A DNA stretch of 64,000 bases from an uncultured virus (IMG/VR IMGVR_UViG_3300037497_000123) (IMGVR_UViG_3300037497_000123); one strand, 5' to 3'. Shown: positions 38,339-48,800, counted from the first letter of the stretch. The notes: a model not told the origin generated them from the sequence alone. A program made the numbers and translations.

Positions 38339-38345
38339 AGAACTT

Positions 38346-38876
38346 GTGAATGATCAGACGATCAGACGCAAGCTTCGAAGTAGTCTTGCCACCCAAGGTC
38401 GCTTAGTCGAGGAGTGGAACATCGGAGCCTCCCGTATTGACATGGCGGTGATCACACCGACGGTCTTACACGGGTTTGAAATCAAGTCTGACGTAGACAC
38501 GCTCAAGCGCTTGCCCCAGCAAGCTCATGACTATGGCACGGTTTGTGATGTGTGCACTCTCGTGGCTGCTCCAAAACACTGTCAACAGGCTCTGGTACCG
38601 GGATGGTGGGGATTGACCACCGCCCAGGAAATAGACGGACAGGTGGTGCTTGAGGTTTTCCGACCGGCAGGCATCAATCCCGAAGTGAGCGTTCGATCTC
38701 TGGCCCAGTTGTTGTGGTGTAAGGAGCTTCGAGCGCTTTTGCGGGAGCGGGGGGAAATTGGGATTCGGAGGAAATCGCGACTGGTTCAGGCGGTTGTGGA
38801 GCGGATTCCTTTGGGGGAATTTCGTCGTAAAATGTTGTTGATCCTGCTCAATAGAGGTTTGGGGTGGAAACCATAG
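38346..38876 (+). CDS. sce7726-like PD-(D/E)xK protein
   Basis: RIDMAVI...HGFEIKS..DTL.RL..Q, WWG. Confidence 0.75.
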   Translation: MNDQTIRRKLRSSLATQGRLVEEWNIGASRIDMAVITPTVLHGFEIKSDVDTLKRLPQQAHDYGTVCDVCTLVAAPKHCQQALVPGWWGLTTAQEIDGQVVLEVFRPAGINPEVSVRSLAQLLWCKELRALLRERGEIGIRRKSRLVQAVVERIPLGEFRRKMLLILLNRGLGWKP

Positions 38877-38887
38877 GGAAAAGGGGA

Positions 38888-40240
38888 ATGAAGAAAGTTC
38901 TGATGATTGGAGATGCGGGATGTCGCACGGGGTTTGCGCGCGTGGTCAAAGGCGTAGCAGATCGGTTGCACGCGACGGGGTGGGAAGTGGTGGTACGCGC
39001 GATCAACTATCAGGATGATCACGGTATCGAATATCCGTATGAGGTGCTGCCCATGACCTATGGGGATACGGATCCAACCGGCGCTGCGACCCTGGGCTAT
39101 CACATCGATGACGTCAAACCGGATGTGCTCTGGGCGTTACAGGATCCGTGGCACATTCAGGGATACTCAGCGGAGAAGCCGAAGGAGTTGCCCTCGGTGT
39201 GTTACGTCCCAGTGGACACGCCGTGTATCAAATGGGAGTCTGGATTGGCTCTGGGGTCGTGGAGTCAGTGTGCCAGTTACACGTGGTTTGGTGCACACGA
39301 ATTAGCCGCCTCGGCACAAGAGGCTGTGGATGTGTTGCACGAACATGTGGGAATTCCCAAAGAAGGCCAGGCCCGCTGGGCATCAGTACCGATTGCGGCA
39401 CGCCGGGTTGTGGATATTCGGCTGGATCGACTTGCTCGACTCCAGAACATTGCGGCGTGGAATGTAATTCCTCACGGGCGGACTCCGGGGCAATTTGAAT
39501 TGCGGGACAAGGTGGCAGCGCGGAAGCACTTTGGAATTGATGAAGATGCCTTTGTGGTGGGGTTTGTTGGAGGAAACCAACCGCGCAAACGACTCGATAC
39601 GGCGATGCGAGCTTTTGCCACGGCGGCTGTCAACGATCCCAAGGCACTCCTCGTTTTCCATTGTTGGGGTGGGGATGATCAAGGATGGGATCTTGCGGCT
39701 TTAGCTCGGTTCTATGGAATCGGGGATAAAGTGCTTGCGGTGCATTGGAAGTGGAAGGAGTTGAGTGACGATGATTTGTGCACTCTCTACAATTGTTTCG
39801 ATGTGCACTTGAACACGAGTGGGGGTGAGGGTTGGGCGTTGACGACTTCGGAGTCCGCTGAATGCGCCGTCGCTCAGATTGTACCAGACTGGGCAGCGAC
39901 CCGGGAGATTTGGCGTGATCATGCCTTGGGTATTCAGGTAACGGGTTGGCATCATATGGCGAAGTATTTGAACACCGCGCATTGTGAGCTATCCGTGGAT
40001 AATGCAGCCGGCCTCATCAAGGCCTTGAAAGACCCGGAATATCGAACCAAAATGGGAACGTTGGCACGCGAGAGGGTGTTGCAGTTGCCGACGTGGGATG
40101 ATGTGGGTGATGGGTTTGCGGTATTGCTGGACAAAGCGATAAAGGAACCAGAAGCTCTTCCGACAAGTTTGAATGACATGATGCGAGAACGGATTGAACG
40201 CATTTGGTCGGAGGTTCATCCTGACGCCCCACGCGAGTGA
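38888..40240 (+). CDS. GT4-like glycosyltransferase
   Basis: TGFARV, IPHG, NQPRK.LD, LYN.FD..L.TS.GEGW.L...E. Confidence 0.9.
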   Translation: MKKVLMIGDAGCRTGFARVVKGVADRLHATGWEVVVRAINYQDDHGIEYPYEVLPMTYGDTDPTGAATLGYHIDDVKPDVLWALQDPWHIQGYSAEKPKELPSVCYVPVDTPCIKWESGLALGSWSQCASYTWFGAHELAASAQEAVDVLHEHVGIPKEGQARWASVPIAARRVVDIRLDRLARLQNIAAWNVIPHGRTPGQFELRDKVAARKHFGIDEDAFVVGFVGGNQPRKRLDTAMRAFATAAVNDPKALLVFHCWGGDDQGWDLAALARFYGIGDKVLAVHWKWKELSDDDLCTLYNCFDVHLNTSGGEGWALTTSESAECAVAQIVPDWAATREIWRDHALGIQVTGWHHMAKYLNTAHCELSVDNAAGLIKALKDPEYRTKMGTLARERVLQLPTWDDVGDGFAVLLDKAIKEPEALPTSLNDMMRERIERIWSEVHPDAPRE

Positions 40241-40394
40241 AGCACTTCCTGGCATGGTAGAAGCCGTGTCCCGAACGGGGTCGACCCCTTACAACGAGGA
40301 GTTTGCTCCCTATTGTACCCCACGGAAATCGTTCACCAGCCCCAAATGGGCATGATTGACCGGGGTGGACCCCTCCCCACCCCCCACACTAATC

Positions 40395-40430
40395 TGCGAT
40401 AAAACGACCCTTCCCGCGACATAGTCCTAG
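40395..40430 (+). promoter_or_regulatory. class 2 promoter-like motif (head operon)
   Basis: TGCG-N18-CGACATAGTCCTAG. Confidence 0.7.
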
Positions 40431-40465
40431 AGAGACAATCAGATACAACGTCGCACGGGGGATGG

Positions 40466-41956
40466 GTGGCAGCGCTAATCGACTGGAGTAAAGTCAGCAG
40501 CGAACTGCGTGCGGCCCTTGAAAAGAAGCTTCCGAAAGGAACTTCGCTTGACGAGAATATTCGCGTCAGCCAAGCCCACGTTACCAAGTTCGTTTTGGTG
40601 GATGACAAAGAAGCGGGTGGGTTCCAGGCAGCTTTCGAGCAGGCCGGTGGCCCCGCAATGATTACTAATGGCCGCCCCACGATTATTCGGGTTGTGGCTT
40701 GGTTAGCTCACGAGGGGATCAACAAGAACCGCCTCGCGTTTGTAAAGGAAGACCTCACGCAGGCGGCCGCTAAAATCCGTCAGCCAGACTTTCTTCCGAT
40801 GGACTTCAATCACTCGGCAATCGAGGGGTGGGGGTTCGACCAGAAGGCCATTGGCGTGTGGTATGCCGCTGAGATGGTGCAGGATCCGGAAGCCGATAAC
40901 GCGTGGGGTGTTCTTGCGACCGGCATGATGTGGGCCTGGTTGAACCCAGAGCTTGCAGATCGGTTGCTTGCGGAGCAGGCCCGCAACGGACGGATTGATT
41001 TTTCGATGGCATGTGTCGCGGGTATCGTGACCAAAGCCAAGAACGACGACGGTCCCTACGAAATTGCAGGCGACACTACGTTTTTCACACTGTCGGCATT
41101 GGATGTTCCCCCGGCAGATCCGAATGCAACAGGTCTCGGTGTTGAAGGATCGGAAGATCCCAATCTCGAAGCCGATTTGAAGCGGCAGCTTACCGCAGCC
41201 GCGTTGAAACTCAGCATGCGTACAGCGCGTGCCCAGGAGAAAACGATGGAACTCGACGCTTTGGTTGCTCAGTTGAAGGAAATCGCCACACAGATGAAGG
41301 CAGCGGCCGACAAGGTCACTGATCCGAGTGTTCGTGAAGCGATCCTCAAGGTTATTGATGAGCGCATCACGGAAGCCACGAAGACGTTTGCCAAGGTGGC
41401 AGAACTTCAGGGGCAGTTGAAGGAAGTCTCGGACAAGCTTGAGATGTCGGAGACGGCCCATAAGGAACTGACCGACAAGCTCGCGGCGGCTGAGAAGTCG
41501 CTGGCGGACATGGCAGTAGTCAAGGCTGAGTTGGAGACGAAGGTTGCCACCATCGCGGACAAGGACACCTCGCTCGAGGCTGCCAAGACGGAGCTGGAGA
41601 AGGCAAACACTGAAGTAGAGCGTCTCGGGAAGGAGTTGGAGGCCATCAAGACCTCTCTCAAGACCTTTGAAGACACCAAGCTGGCGTCTGAGGCGGCCGA
41701 GAAGGCCAAGACCCGGTATGCAGAGTTGCCGGCGGCCTATCGTGAGGCGTTTGAGAAGAAGGATGAGAAGGAGCAGACGGAGGCTCGCGCCCGTTGGGCA
41801 GCGTTCTCTGATGAGGCATGGAAGGCGTTTGTGACCGACCTCGGTCTCATGCCGGTCGCCAAGTCGTATTTCGCACGCTCGAAAGAAGAGGTCCTCCCGA
41901 CCGCTTCTGCAAATATCGAAGGCACGGCCAAGCGCCTAGCCCAGTACCGGTCGTAA
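40466..41956 (+). CDS. prohead protease-scaffold fusion
   Basis: N.N...F, P.DFNH, FSM, PAD..A, then a long coiled coil; upstream of capsid genes. Confidence 0.7.
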   Translation: MAALIDWSKVSSELRAALEKKLPKGTSLDENIRVSQAHVTKFVLVDDKEAGGFQAAFEQAGGPAMITNGRPTIIRVVAWLAHEGINKNRLAFVKEDLTQAAAKIRQPDFLPMDFNHSAIEGWGFDQKAIGVWYAAEMVQDPEADNAWGVLATGMMWAWLNPELADRLLAEQARNGRIDFSMACVAGIVTKAKNDDGPYEIAGDTTFFTLSALDVPPADPNATGLGVEGSEDPNLEADLKRQLTAAALKLSMRTARAQEKTMELDALVAQLKEIATQMKAAADKVTDPSVREAILKVIDERITEATKTFAKVAELQGQLKEVSDKLEMSETAHKELTDKLAAAEKSLADMAVVKAELETKVATIADKDTSLEAAKTELEKANTEVERLGKELEAIKTSLKTFEDTKLASEAAEKAKTRYAELPAAYREAFEKKDEKEQTEARARWAAFSDEAWKAFVTDLGLMPVAKSYFARSKEEVLPTASANIEGTAKRLAQYRS

Positions 41957-42024
41957 TTCACGGCGGGCTAGGCCCGCGTACACGCACGTCAATCGGCCCT
42001 TAGACGCCGTCAGGAGAACCAACA

Positions 42025-42552
42025 ATGAGCAGGCTTCACGTTGCCAACTATCAGGAAGCGAGGCGTTACACCGCGATCGCAAACGCTACACTGCAGTTGG
42101 GCGAAATCATCAAGATCGTTGCCGGAGCTACAGCTGGTACGCGGTATGCCGCCCGGTCTACGGCGGTCGGTGACGTTCAGAAGACGACCCTCTGGGGCGT
42201 CGTTATGAAGATCAGTTCGGACGCCCAACAGGTCGCGTCGACTACGGCGTCGGCTGCTACCGGTGACCGCACGGTCACGATCGCTTCTGGCGATGCGGTG
42301 GTTCAGGTTGGGGCTGGAGCCGTCATCGAGTATCACCAGGCGCTGTTGCACGACTCCCTCGATCCTGATCGTGGTGGAGTTACGCCGCTTGTGGGCGATT
42401 CGCTCGGTATTGCGACTTCTGGTTCGCTGTGCCGTTGGACGACCGCCGCTTCGACGTCGTACACCAACGTCGGCACGACCATTCATGTCGGAAGGGTTTT
42501 CCGCACGTTTGGTAAGAAGGTTCTGATCCAGCTGGTTGAGCAGGTCTTGTAG
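42025..42552 (+). CDS. head decoration/cement protein
   Basis: Ala/Thr/Gly-rich beta protein directly before the MCP; AGGAG RBS. Confidence 0.6.
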   Translation: MSRLHVANYQEARRYTAIANATLQLGEIIKIVAGATAGTRYAARSTAVGDVQKTTLWGVVMKISSDAQQVASTTASAATGDRTVTIASGDAVVQVGAGAVIEYHQALLHDSLDPDRGGVTPLVGDSLGIATSGSLCRWTTAASTSYTNVGTTIHVGRVFRTFGKKVLIQLVEQVL

Positions 42553-42641
42553 TAGGGATTTGATCGAACAGCAGTAGTACACACGCAATTTGCGCTGGCC
42601 TGGGGCCAGCGCTTCACCTGGTAGGGCGGAGGAGAACTACA

Positions 42642-43625
42642 ATGCTTCAGTTCAGGAAGGGTTCCTGGTCGCAGGACAAGATCACGAGTTGCCGCGAGGA
42701 ACTCAACAAGGTGTTCTTCGAAGCCGTAGGCATGGGTGAGAAGCGCATGAATCCCCACGCAGTTACCAAGATCGATGCAATCAAGGTCGAGCTTGCGGAA
42801 ACGATTGTCAACTTGGTGGAGCAGGAAGTCCGCCTCGTGGATCCGCTTCCATTCCTTGTGGACGAGGTTGAGGGCGATATCCGCAACAGCTACGTGTGGC
42901 AGGAGCTTGACTCCAGTCTCCGAGTTGTGTCGCGCGCCTATGGCAGCAAGCCGCTGTCGCAGCGCTTGACTTTCAAGGAATACGGGATGAGCACTTCGAT
43001 GAGCGAGACCGCCGTCGAAATCCCGCTGGAAGAGGTCTTCAGCGGCCGGCAGACGCCGGCTCTTGCGGCTTCCGAAATGGCACTTGCCATCTCCCGGCGT
43101 CGTATCTCCAACACCCTCGACCTGCTTGATGCAGGTGTCCCGGCCTCCACGGCGGATCGCACGGGCATCAGCGGCTACACCCTGCGCTACGTCGAGTCGA
43201 CGAACCTGACGCAGACGAACCTGAACAAGGCCTTGGATGGTCTCCAGGACGAGGGCCTTGGGGCCACTGTACTGGCACGTCACGTGGCGTTCGCGCCAGC
43301 AGTGCGTGGGTTCACAGGCTTCTCCAATGAAGTCGAAGACGAAATGACCCGCCGGGGCGTCATCGGGCAGTATCACGGTGCCACGTTCGTGGCTCTGACC
43401 GACCCGCATGTGAAGCGGTCAGCGGACCACACGATTCGAAAGGATCGTATCTACATCGCTGGCAGCCAGAAGGGCGCGATCTACATGGTCAAGCCCGTGC
43501 AGTTCCTCAACTGGGCGTTGACGGATCCGCGCACGGCCACGTTCTCGACCGGTATCCGGATCGAAGACGGAGTGTTGGTGTGGGATGCGTATCGCTACCG
43601 CATCATCGAAGTCAACCCGACCTAG
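42642..43625 (+). CDS. major capsid protein
   Basis: Position, 327 aa, strong codon bias, G.IGQY.GA..V.L motif. Confidence 0.8.
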   Translation: MLQFRKGSWSQDKITSCREELNKVFFEAVGMGEKRMNPHAVTKIDAIKVELAETIVNLVEQEVRLVDPLPFLVDEVEGDIRNSYVWQELDSSLRVVSRAYGSKPLSQRLTFKEYGMSTSMSETAVEIPLEEVFSGRQTPALAASEMALAISRRRISNTLDLLDAGVPASTADRTGISGYTLRYVESTNLTQTNLNKALDGLQDEGLGATVLARHVAFAPAVRGFTGFSNEVEDEMTRRGVIGQYHGATFVALTDPHVKRSADHTIRKDRIYIAGSQKGAIYMVKPVQFLNWALTDPRTATFSTGIRIEDGVLVWDAYRYRIIEVNPT

Positions 43626-43649
43626 TTGTCGGAGTAATACAATAGGAAA

Positions 43650-43694
43650 GGTAGGGGGCGAGGTGATTTTGATCGCCTTGCCCCCGCCGTGTTT
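43650..43694 (+). terminator. stem-loop after MCP
   Basis: GGGGGCGAGGTGAT / ATCGCCTTGCCCCC. Confidence 0.65.
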
Positions 43695-43782
43695 ATACGG
43701 GTGCGCGTCCCGCAAACGCGAGGGAGTTTAGGGCCTTGCTGTGCCATCCTGGTACAGCGCAACTCATAGGCAGGGAGGAGCA

Positions 43783-44508
43783 ATGGCTACAAAGAAGCAG
43801 TTGTCGGTTACAAAAAAGTCGTCGGCCACAAAGAAGGCGCCGGCAAAGCAGGCGCCGGCAAAGCAGGCGCCGGCAAAGCAGGCGGAACCGACTGTCAACC
43901 TTCGGGAACTCATTGCCGCCATGGGCGGTCTTCCGAAGCCGAATGCTTCCCGGTTGGTGGGAATTCGAAACATCGGTGGATCTACGGTAGGGATCGCGGC
44001 GTTCGGGAATGAGCAAAGCATTTCGCTACATCCGTTCAGTCCGACTGATCCCAACTCGATGGCGGTCATCACCTGGCCTCGGTGGCAGCAGATCCGAAAG
44101 GGATCGTTGTTTGCCCAAGGTCTCGTTGAGCGGTTTGACGAGATTGTGGACGAGAATGAGCGGTCGCCAGAAGACAAGCCGAGCGAAGTGCACCCCGACC
44201 ACATGAAGAATCGCATTGTGGATCCGGTGGAGTTCATCGAAAGCATGGGAATGGACGAGGCCAAGTTTCGGACGGCGGTGCTTGCCATGACCAGCGAAAA
44301 CCAACTGCATCGGTTGCTGGCGGTTGTGGACACAAAGGTTCGGGAGTTGCAGGATGGGTTTAGAAAGGCCGGCGACCCGGCGGCGTCTCGACGGGCCGTG
44401 GAAGAATTGCCGATCGCCTATCAGATGGCCGAGCGGTTGGCGCAGTGGCGCCTGGATCAGTTGTCGCCAGTCCGTGAGGACACCGGGCTCAAGCCATTTC
44501 AGAAGTAA
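43783..44508 (+). CDS. hypothetical protein with (APAKQ)3 N-terminus
   Basis: GGAGGAG RBS; 15-bp repeat x3 at 43835-43884. Confidence 0.65.
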   Translation: MATKKQLSVTKKSSATKKAPAKQAPAKQAPAKQAEPTVNLRELIAAMGGLPKPNASRLVGIRNIGGSTVGIAAFGNEQSISLHPFSPTDPNSMAVITWPRWQQIRKGSLFAQGLVERFDEIVDENERSPEDKPSEVHPDHMKNRIVDPVEFIESMGMDEAKFRTAVLAMTSENQLHRLLAVVDTKVRELQDGFRKAGDPAASRRAVEELPIAYQMAERLAQWRLDQLSPVREDTGLKPFQK

Positions 44509-44523
44509 TAGCATGGGAGAACC

Positions 44524-44961
44524 GTGACTACCGCCACCCTGTTGAAGCTGCTCAGGCGGCGAATCGCGGACACTGATCCGAATGCGGATTACGAGGACTC
44601 CGTTCTTCTCGAAGCACTCGAGGATGGACGGAGTCTCCTCGAAGCTAAGATGGTGAAGGGTATGGCGGGCTATGCGATTATTTCCGATCCAGATTCCGTG
44701 AGTTTCGGGATTGTTCCTGATCCCACGGTGGATCATGCCCATGTGATGGTGTACCGGGCGGCGATTGATATCCTAGATGAACGATATCGGTTGTTGCTGT
44801 CCACCGGGTCAATGGGGATCTCCTGGCAGTCGGGCCTAGAGCAGGAATCCAGTATCCAAGCCAGCAAAGCGTTTCAGGACACATTGAAGGATATGCAGCG
44901 TGAACTGGATGGGTTGATTTTGATTCTCAACCGGAACACGAGCGCGGGACGGATGCAGTAA
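44524..44961 (+). CDS. head-tail adaptor-like protein
   Basis: LRRRI.D.D....Y.D..L; position. Confidence 0.6.
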   Translation: MTTATLLKLLRRRIADTDPNADYEDSVLLEALEDGRSLLEAKMVKGMAGYAIISDPDSVSFGIVPDPTVDHAHVMVYRAAIDILDERYRLLLSTGSMGISWQSGLEQESSIQASKAFQDTLKDMQRELDGLILILNRNTSAGRMQ

Positions 44962-45446
44962 TGCGGGGTGATTTGGCACAGCGTGCGTTGATCGAGCGCA
45001 TTCGCGCCAGTGTCAATACGCTCGAGGTGTTTTTTGCACCAGCCCGGCCTGTGGGTACGGCCGGCCCAGTGACTCGGCCGGCTTCTCCCGCCACCGGAGT
45101 CAAACCCACCGTGACCTTGGTGGCTACGGCGCCCGTGGGCGAGTTAGAGCCGTTGGAGTTGAAGTGTCTATGGCTGGATGCACCCGTACAGCAACGATCT
45201 GTGGGTGGGATTACCCGCGTGGAAGCTGGTTGGGTGGACACCGCTGATGCTCTCGCGCGTGTGATCTGGTGTGAGGCCATGGTGGACGAGGATTCACCAG
45301 AGAAAGGATCGTGGTTTGATAAGGCCGAGTATGTGCTCGCGCGCGGATTGCGCTGGCGGGTCATCAAGACAGAGCCGATGGGGGCAAGTTTTCGGCTTCC
45401 GCACACACTGAGTGTGTGGCTTGCGGGAGCGGCCAAGCAGCGGTAG
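44961..45446 (+). CDS. head closure-like protein
   Basis: Position; G.RWRV beta motif. Confidence 0.5.
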   Translation: MRGDLAQRALIERIRASVNTLEVFFAPARPVGTAGPVTRPASPATGVKPTVTLVATAPVGELEPLELKCLWLDAPVQQRSVGGITRVEAGWVDTADALARVIWCEAMVDEDSPEKGSWFDKAEYVLARGLRWRVIKTEPMGASFRLPHTLSVWLAGAAKQR

Positions 45447-45462
45447 TCACGGGGAGGATGCC

Positions 45463-45663
45463 ATGGGGGAAGTTTTGACACCGCAGGAGAAAGACGTTCA
45501 GTCGGCCATCAAGTTGATCTTGAGTGAACTGGAAGTTACGGCGCGGATGTTGCCCGAAACTGCATGTCACCCTTATGAGTGTGATCGTCGACGCAAGGTC
45601 GTGATTCAGACGTTCTGGAAACTGTACCGTCGCTTGCAGGAGCCGAATGCCAACGCAGGCTGA
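45463..45663 (+). CDS. hypothetical protein
   Basis: GGAGGA RBS + ATG. Confidence 0.45.
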   Translation: MGEVLTPQEKDVQSAIKLILSELEVTARMLPETACHPYECDRRRKVVIQTFWKLYRRLQEPNANAG

Positions 45664-46279
45664 GTTTTCGGCAACGAACGTATACAACAGTGTGTGTAAC
45701 CTGTTAGGCACGTCTGCGAAAGCGGCGGGGTTCCTGATCTACTGGCACACCCAGGATGCGCTCGAGACTCCGGATGGCTGGTATGATGGGTACTCGACTC
45801 GAGACGATGCCTTGTTATTGGATGCCACGGTGGCGGCGCGGGTAACAGCGGCCAAGGGTTTACTGACGATTCGAGGGCCTCTGACTGCGGTTCCTCGTTT
45901 CATTACACGACCCACTAGTAGTGGGGAAGTAGATACCCAAAATGACGTTATGGTGCCGGCCTTAGGTGTAGAACTGGCCGCTCCCATGCCTACAGCGAAC
46001 TACGAGTTGGGATCCCAACTCAAGTGGCGCTCCCGGCGATTGACGATTCAGGGGTTTCTGCGCACGTGGGACGAGATGAAGTCCTTCGAAGATTTTCTGG
46101 CCCAGTGGCTGGATGAGAATGTGGAAGTGACGGTGCAGAATCACGACAACGGGTCCTTGACAGTGCTGGGGTCTGTGTGCGTGGTGGCACCATCAATCGA
46201 GGGAGACCTCGTGGTAGCGGGGAACGAAACAACGACGTTTGGCGTGGAATTCAACGCGCGACTCGAGTACGTGGCATGA
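45647..46279 (+). CDS. tail completion/terminator-like protein
   Basis: Position before tail tube; YELGS motif. Confidence 0.5.
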   Translation: MPTQAEFSATNVYNSVCNLLGTSAKAAGFLIYWHTQDALETPDGWYDGYSTRDDALLLDATVAARVTAAKGLLTIRGPLTAVPRFITRPTSSGEVDTQNDVMVPALGVELAAPMPTANYELGSQLKWRSRRLTIQGFLRTWDEMKSFEDFLAQWLDENVEVTVQNHDNGSLTVLGSVCVVAPSIEGDLVVAGNETTTFGVEFNARLEYVA

Positions 46280-46851
46280 TTTGTACCGGATGCACACAGG
46301 AAAAGCCAGTAACTGAGTTCTATAGAAATCGAGCTAAGGCTTCTGGGTATGAACGTCGGTGTAAAACGTGCTGGGCTAGTTGGTATAAGAAGCCCTTACC
46401 CAAAAGAAAGCGTTGTGGGCGCTGTGAAGTATTCAAACCTGTAAGGGCCTTCGCTAAACGATTGCTGGGGTTACAAGCGATTTGCAAATCGTGCATGGTC
46501 GCCATCAATCGACAGAGTCAGGTACGGTTGAGATTGGAAGTATTGACTCAGTATTCTCCTAGCAAGAAATTTCCTCAGTGTTCTTGCATGGGTTGTAAAG
46601 AGACACGAATTCCGTTTTTGACTCTTGACCACATCAACAATGATGGTGCAAGGCACAGACGAGAGTTGGCTAAAGAACTTGGACGCCGGGATGACGGTCG
46701 TAGTAGTGGTACGCACGTTTATCTCGATGTAAAACGTCGAGGATTTCCACCAGGATTCCAAACACTTTGTTGGAATTGTAATTGCGGTAGAAGACTGAAT
46801 GGAGGTCTCTGCCCACATCTGACTCAAGCTGTATTAACAGCGAAGTCTTAG
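46276..46851 (+). CDS. free-standing HNH homing endonuclease
   Basis: C..C..EKP..EF repeats, LTLDHINNDG, LCWNCN; AT-richer than flanks. Confidence 0.8.
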   Translation: MICTGCTQEKPVTEFYRNRAKASGYERRCKTCWASWYKKPLPKRKRCGRCEVFKPVRAFAKRLLGLQAICKSCMVAINRQSQVRLRLEVLTQYSPSKKFPQCSCMGCKETRIPFLTLDHINNDGARHRRELAKELGRRDDGRSSGTHVYLDVKRRGFPPGFQTLCWNCNCGRRLNGGLCPHLTQAVLTAKS

Positions 46852-46860
46852 GAGAAACAA

Positions 46861-48189
46861 ATGGGAAAGCAAATCCTAGGAAGCGACAAGATACTCAGAA
46901 TCAACAACTATTCGCTTCTCGGCCTAGTTCAGAGTGAAGATTGGAATCCGACTTTCAATGCAACTGATATAAATGAGCTAGGTAATGTAGCTCGTGTGGA
47001 TACGTCCATCGAAGTGGAAGCCAGTGGATCGCTGGAAATGATGTCCGCCGGCGGACTTCCTGGGTTCCTTGCTCGGACGATTCCGAAGCGGACCAATGGG
47101 TCGTTCATTGGTTATCTCTATTCGGGTACGGCGTCGGGCAACAAGAACGCCTACACGATCACGGAAGCGGATATCGTGGAGTGCCAGTTTGACCTTGTGA
47201 TTCACGAGCGCCCCGACCAGGTGAACTTCTCCCGGTCGACTTATGTGCCCCGCGCGTACTTGAAGTCGGTCTCGGGTCGTATTGACTCGGCCGGCATGGG
47301 CAGTGAGACCTCCCAGTGGGAGTCGCAGCAGTCGTATGGCTTCGATACCCCGTACCACGACATTGTCGCGGTACCACTCACCCGTACGACCGCCACGACA
47401 GCGACGATCATCAACTCGGATGAAGTCACGGTCAACGCCACGAACTACACGCCGATCTACTTCTATGTGGATGAGAAGGAGTATCGGACGGTTGCCGGTG
47501 ACGGTAACTATGTCACGTTTGCCACCACCGTTCTCACGATCGTTGGTGGGGATACCATCCCTGCGGATGCCGTGTGCCGGGCAGTCTTCTACAAGACCAC
47601 CACTCCGTCAGCCACGTTCCCAGCATTGGTAGATGCTCGTCGCGGTACGGTAGCGTACTATGTCAAGGGTTGGCAGGCTGACATTTTCCTTGATGTGGCC
47701 AACACGGATTCACCGGCCAGCTCCGAGAAGTTGCTCAAGGTGCAGTCAGCGGATTACGGGATTGACTTCAATCTGCAGCCGCTCCGGCAAATTGCGTTGA
47801 ACACGGCTGGTACGAGCGTGTACTGCCGAGTACCCACGACGCCGTTCGCGGTCACCCTCAATTTCTCTATGTATGAGAGTGATTGGAATGAGTGGAAGCG
47901 TATCCTGCTTCGTGGTGGTACGAATCCGAAGTTCCCGACCTCAGGCAACTCGGTGTACACCGACAGCTATGACTTCAAGCCGGCTAATATCCTAGGCGAC
48001 CGAGTCAACAACCTGGACGCGGTGGTGCAGTACTACACCAAGAACGGCAACCTGCTTCAGCAGCTCCAGTTCCGTGACCTTCGAATCGATTCTTACACGA
48101 ATCGAACGAGTGTGGGAGGTCGCGCGGAAGTCAGTCTTGGATTCCGGGGTACTTCTTTCAAGCTTGTCGGCTCCAATCCAACTACCTAA
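46861..48189 (+). CDS. major tail (tube) protein
   Basis: Position, beta-rich, strong codon bias, INELGN motif. Confidence 0.65.
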   Translation: MGKQILGSDKILRINNYSLLGLVQSEDWNPTFNATDINELGNVARVDTSIEVEASGSLEMMSAGGLPGFLARTIPKRTNGSFIGYLYSGTASGNKNAYTITEADIVECQFDLVIHERPDQVNFSRSTYVPRAYLKSVSGRIDSAGMGSETSQWESQQSYGFDTPYHDIVAVPLTRTTATTATIINSDEVTVNATNYTPIYFYVDEKEYRTVAGDGNYVTFATTVLTIVGGDTIPADAVCRAVFYKTTTPSATFPALVDARRGTVAYYVKGWQADIFLDVANTDSPASSEKLLKVQSADYGIDFNLQPLRQIALNTAGTSVYCRVPTTPFAVTLNFSMYESDWNEWKRILLRGGTNPKFPTSGNSVYTDSYDFKPANILGDRVNNLDAVVQYYTKNGNLLQQLQFRDLRIDSYTNRTSVGGRAEVSLGFRGTSFKLVGSNPTT

Positions 48190-48278
48190 GTAGCAACGAG
48201 TTAACCCAAGGGTTTCTCTTGCAATGGCTCGGTCCTTGCGGCCGGGCCATTTGCGTAGAGTACTTCCAACGGAGTTCA

Positions 48279-48701
48279 ATGGCGGTTGCAGAATCGGTAG
48301 CGGTAATTGTCACAGGCGCCATCGGTACGATCGTGGGCTGGGTAGCCCAGTTGCAATCGAGTAAGCAGGCGTCGCCTAGGAAGAGCGGCAACGGTAATGG
48401 AACTCACACTGGTGAAAAGGTGTTAGCCCATGCTGATGGAGAGTTTCAGGGATGGTTGCGAGCAATGATTGAGCAGCAACGATCCCACAATGAAGCTCAG
48501 CTCGAGGAAAGCGCGAAAATACGAGAGACGCTTGAGACCCTTGGAAAGGGCATGGAAAGCTCTGTGGGGGCTATGCGGGCAATCGCAGATGAGGTGGTCG
48601 CCCATAATGCCCTAGTGGGGCCGGCAATGGCCGCTACGTTCGAAGTACGGAAGATGGTGAAAGACATTGGGGCTCGTCTTCCGAAGCGCAAAAGCGCGTA
48701 G
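48279..48701 (+). CDS. N-terminal TM + coiled-coil protein
   Basis: GGAG RBS + ATG; hydrophobic N-terminus. Confidence 0.5.
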   Translation: MAVAESVAVIVTGAIGTIVGWVAQLQSSKQASPRKSGNGNGTHTGEKVLAHADGEFQGWLRAMIEQQRSHNEAQLEESAKIRETLETLGKGMESSVGAMRAIADEVVAHNALVGPAMAATFEVRKMVKDIGARLPKRKSA

Positions 48702-48721
48702 CTTTTCCCCACGATTCTTGC

Positions 48722-48751
48722 AGCGGCTCACCCTTGGTGGTGGGCCGTTTT
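48722..48751 (+). terminator. intrinsic terminator
   Basis: AGCGGCTCACC / GGTGGGCCGTT then T run. Confidence 0.65.
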
Positions 48752-48764
48752 GCGTTGGTGGCAT

Positions 48765-48800
48765 TGCTACACAACCCCTGTTCCCGCGACTCATTCGTAG
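48765..48800 (+). promoter_or_regulatory. class 2 promoter-like motif
   Basis: TGCT-N18-CGACTCATTCGTAG. Confidence 0.7.

Noticed and set aside
40241..40394. tRNA or other known ncRNA in the long intergenic gap
   Set aside because: Only short hairpins; no cloverleaf or T-loop consensus found by eye
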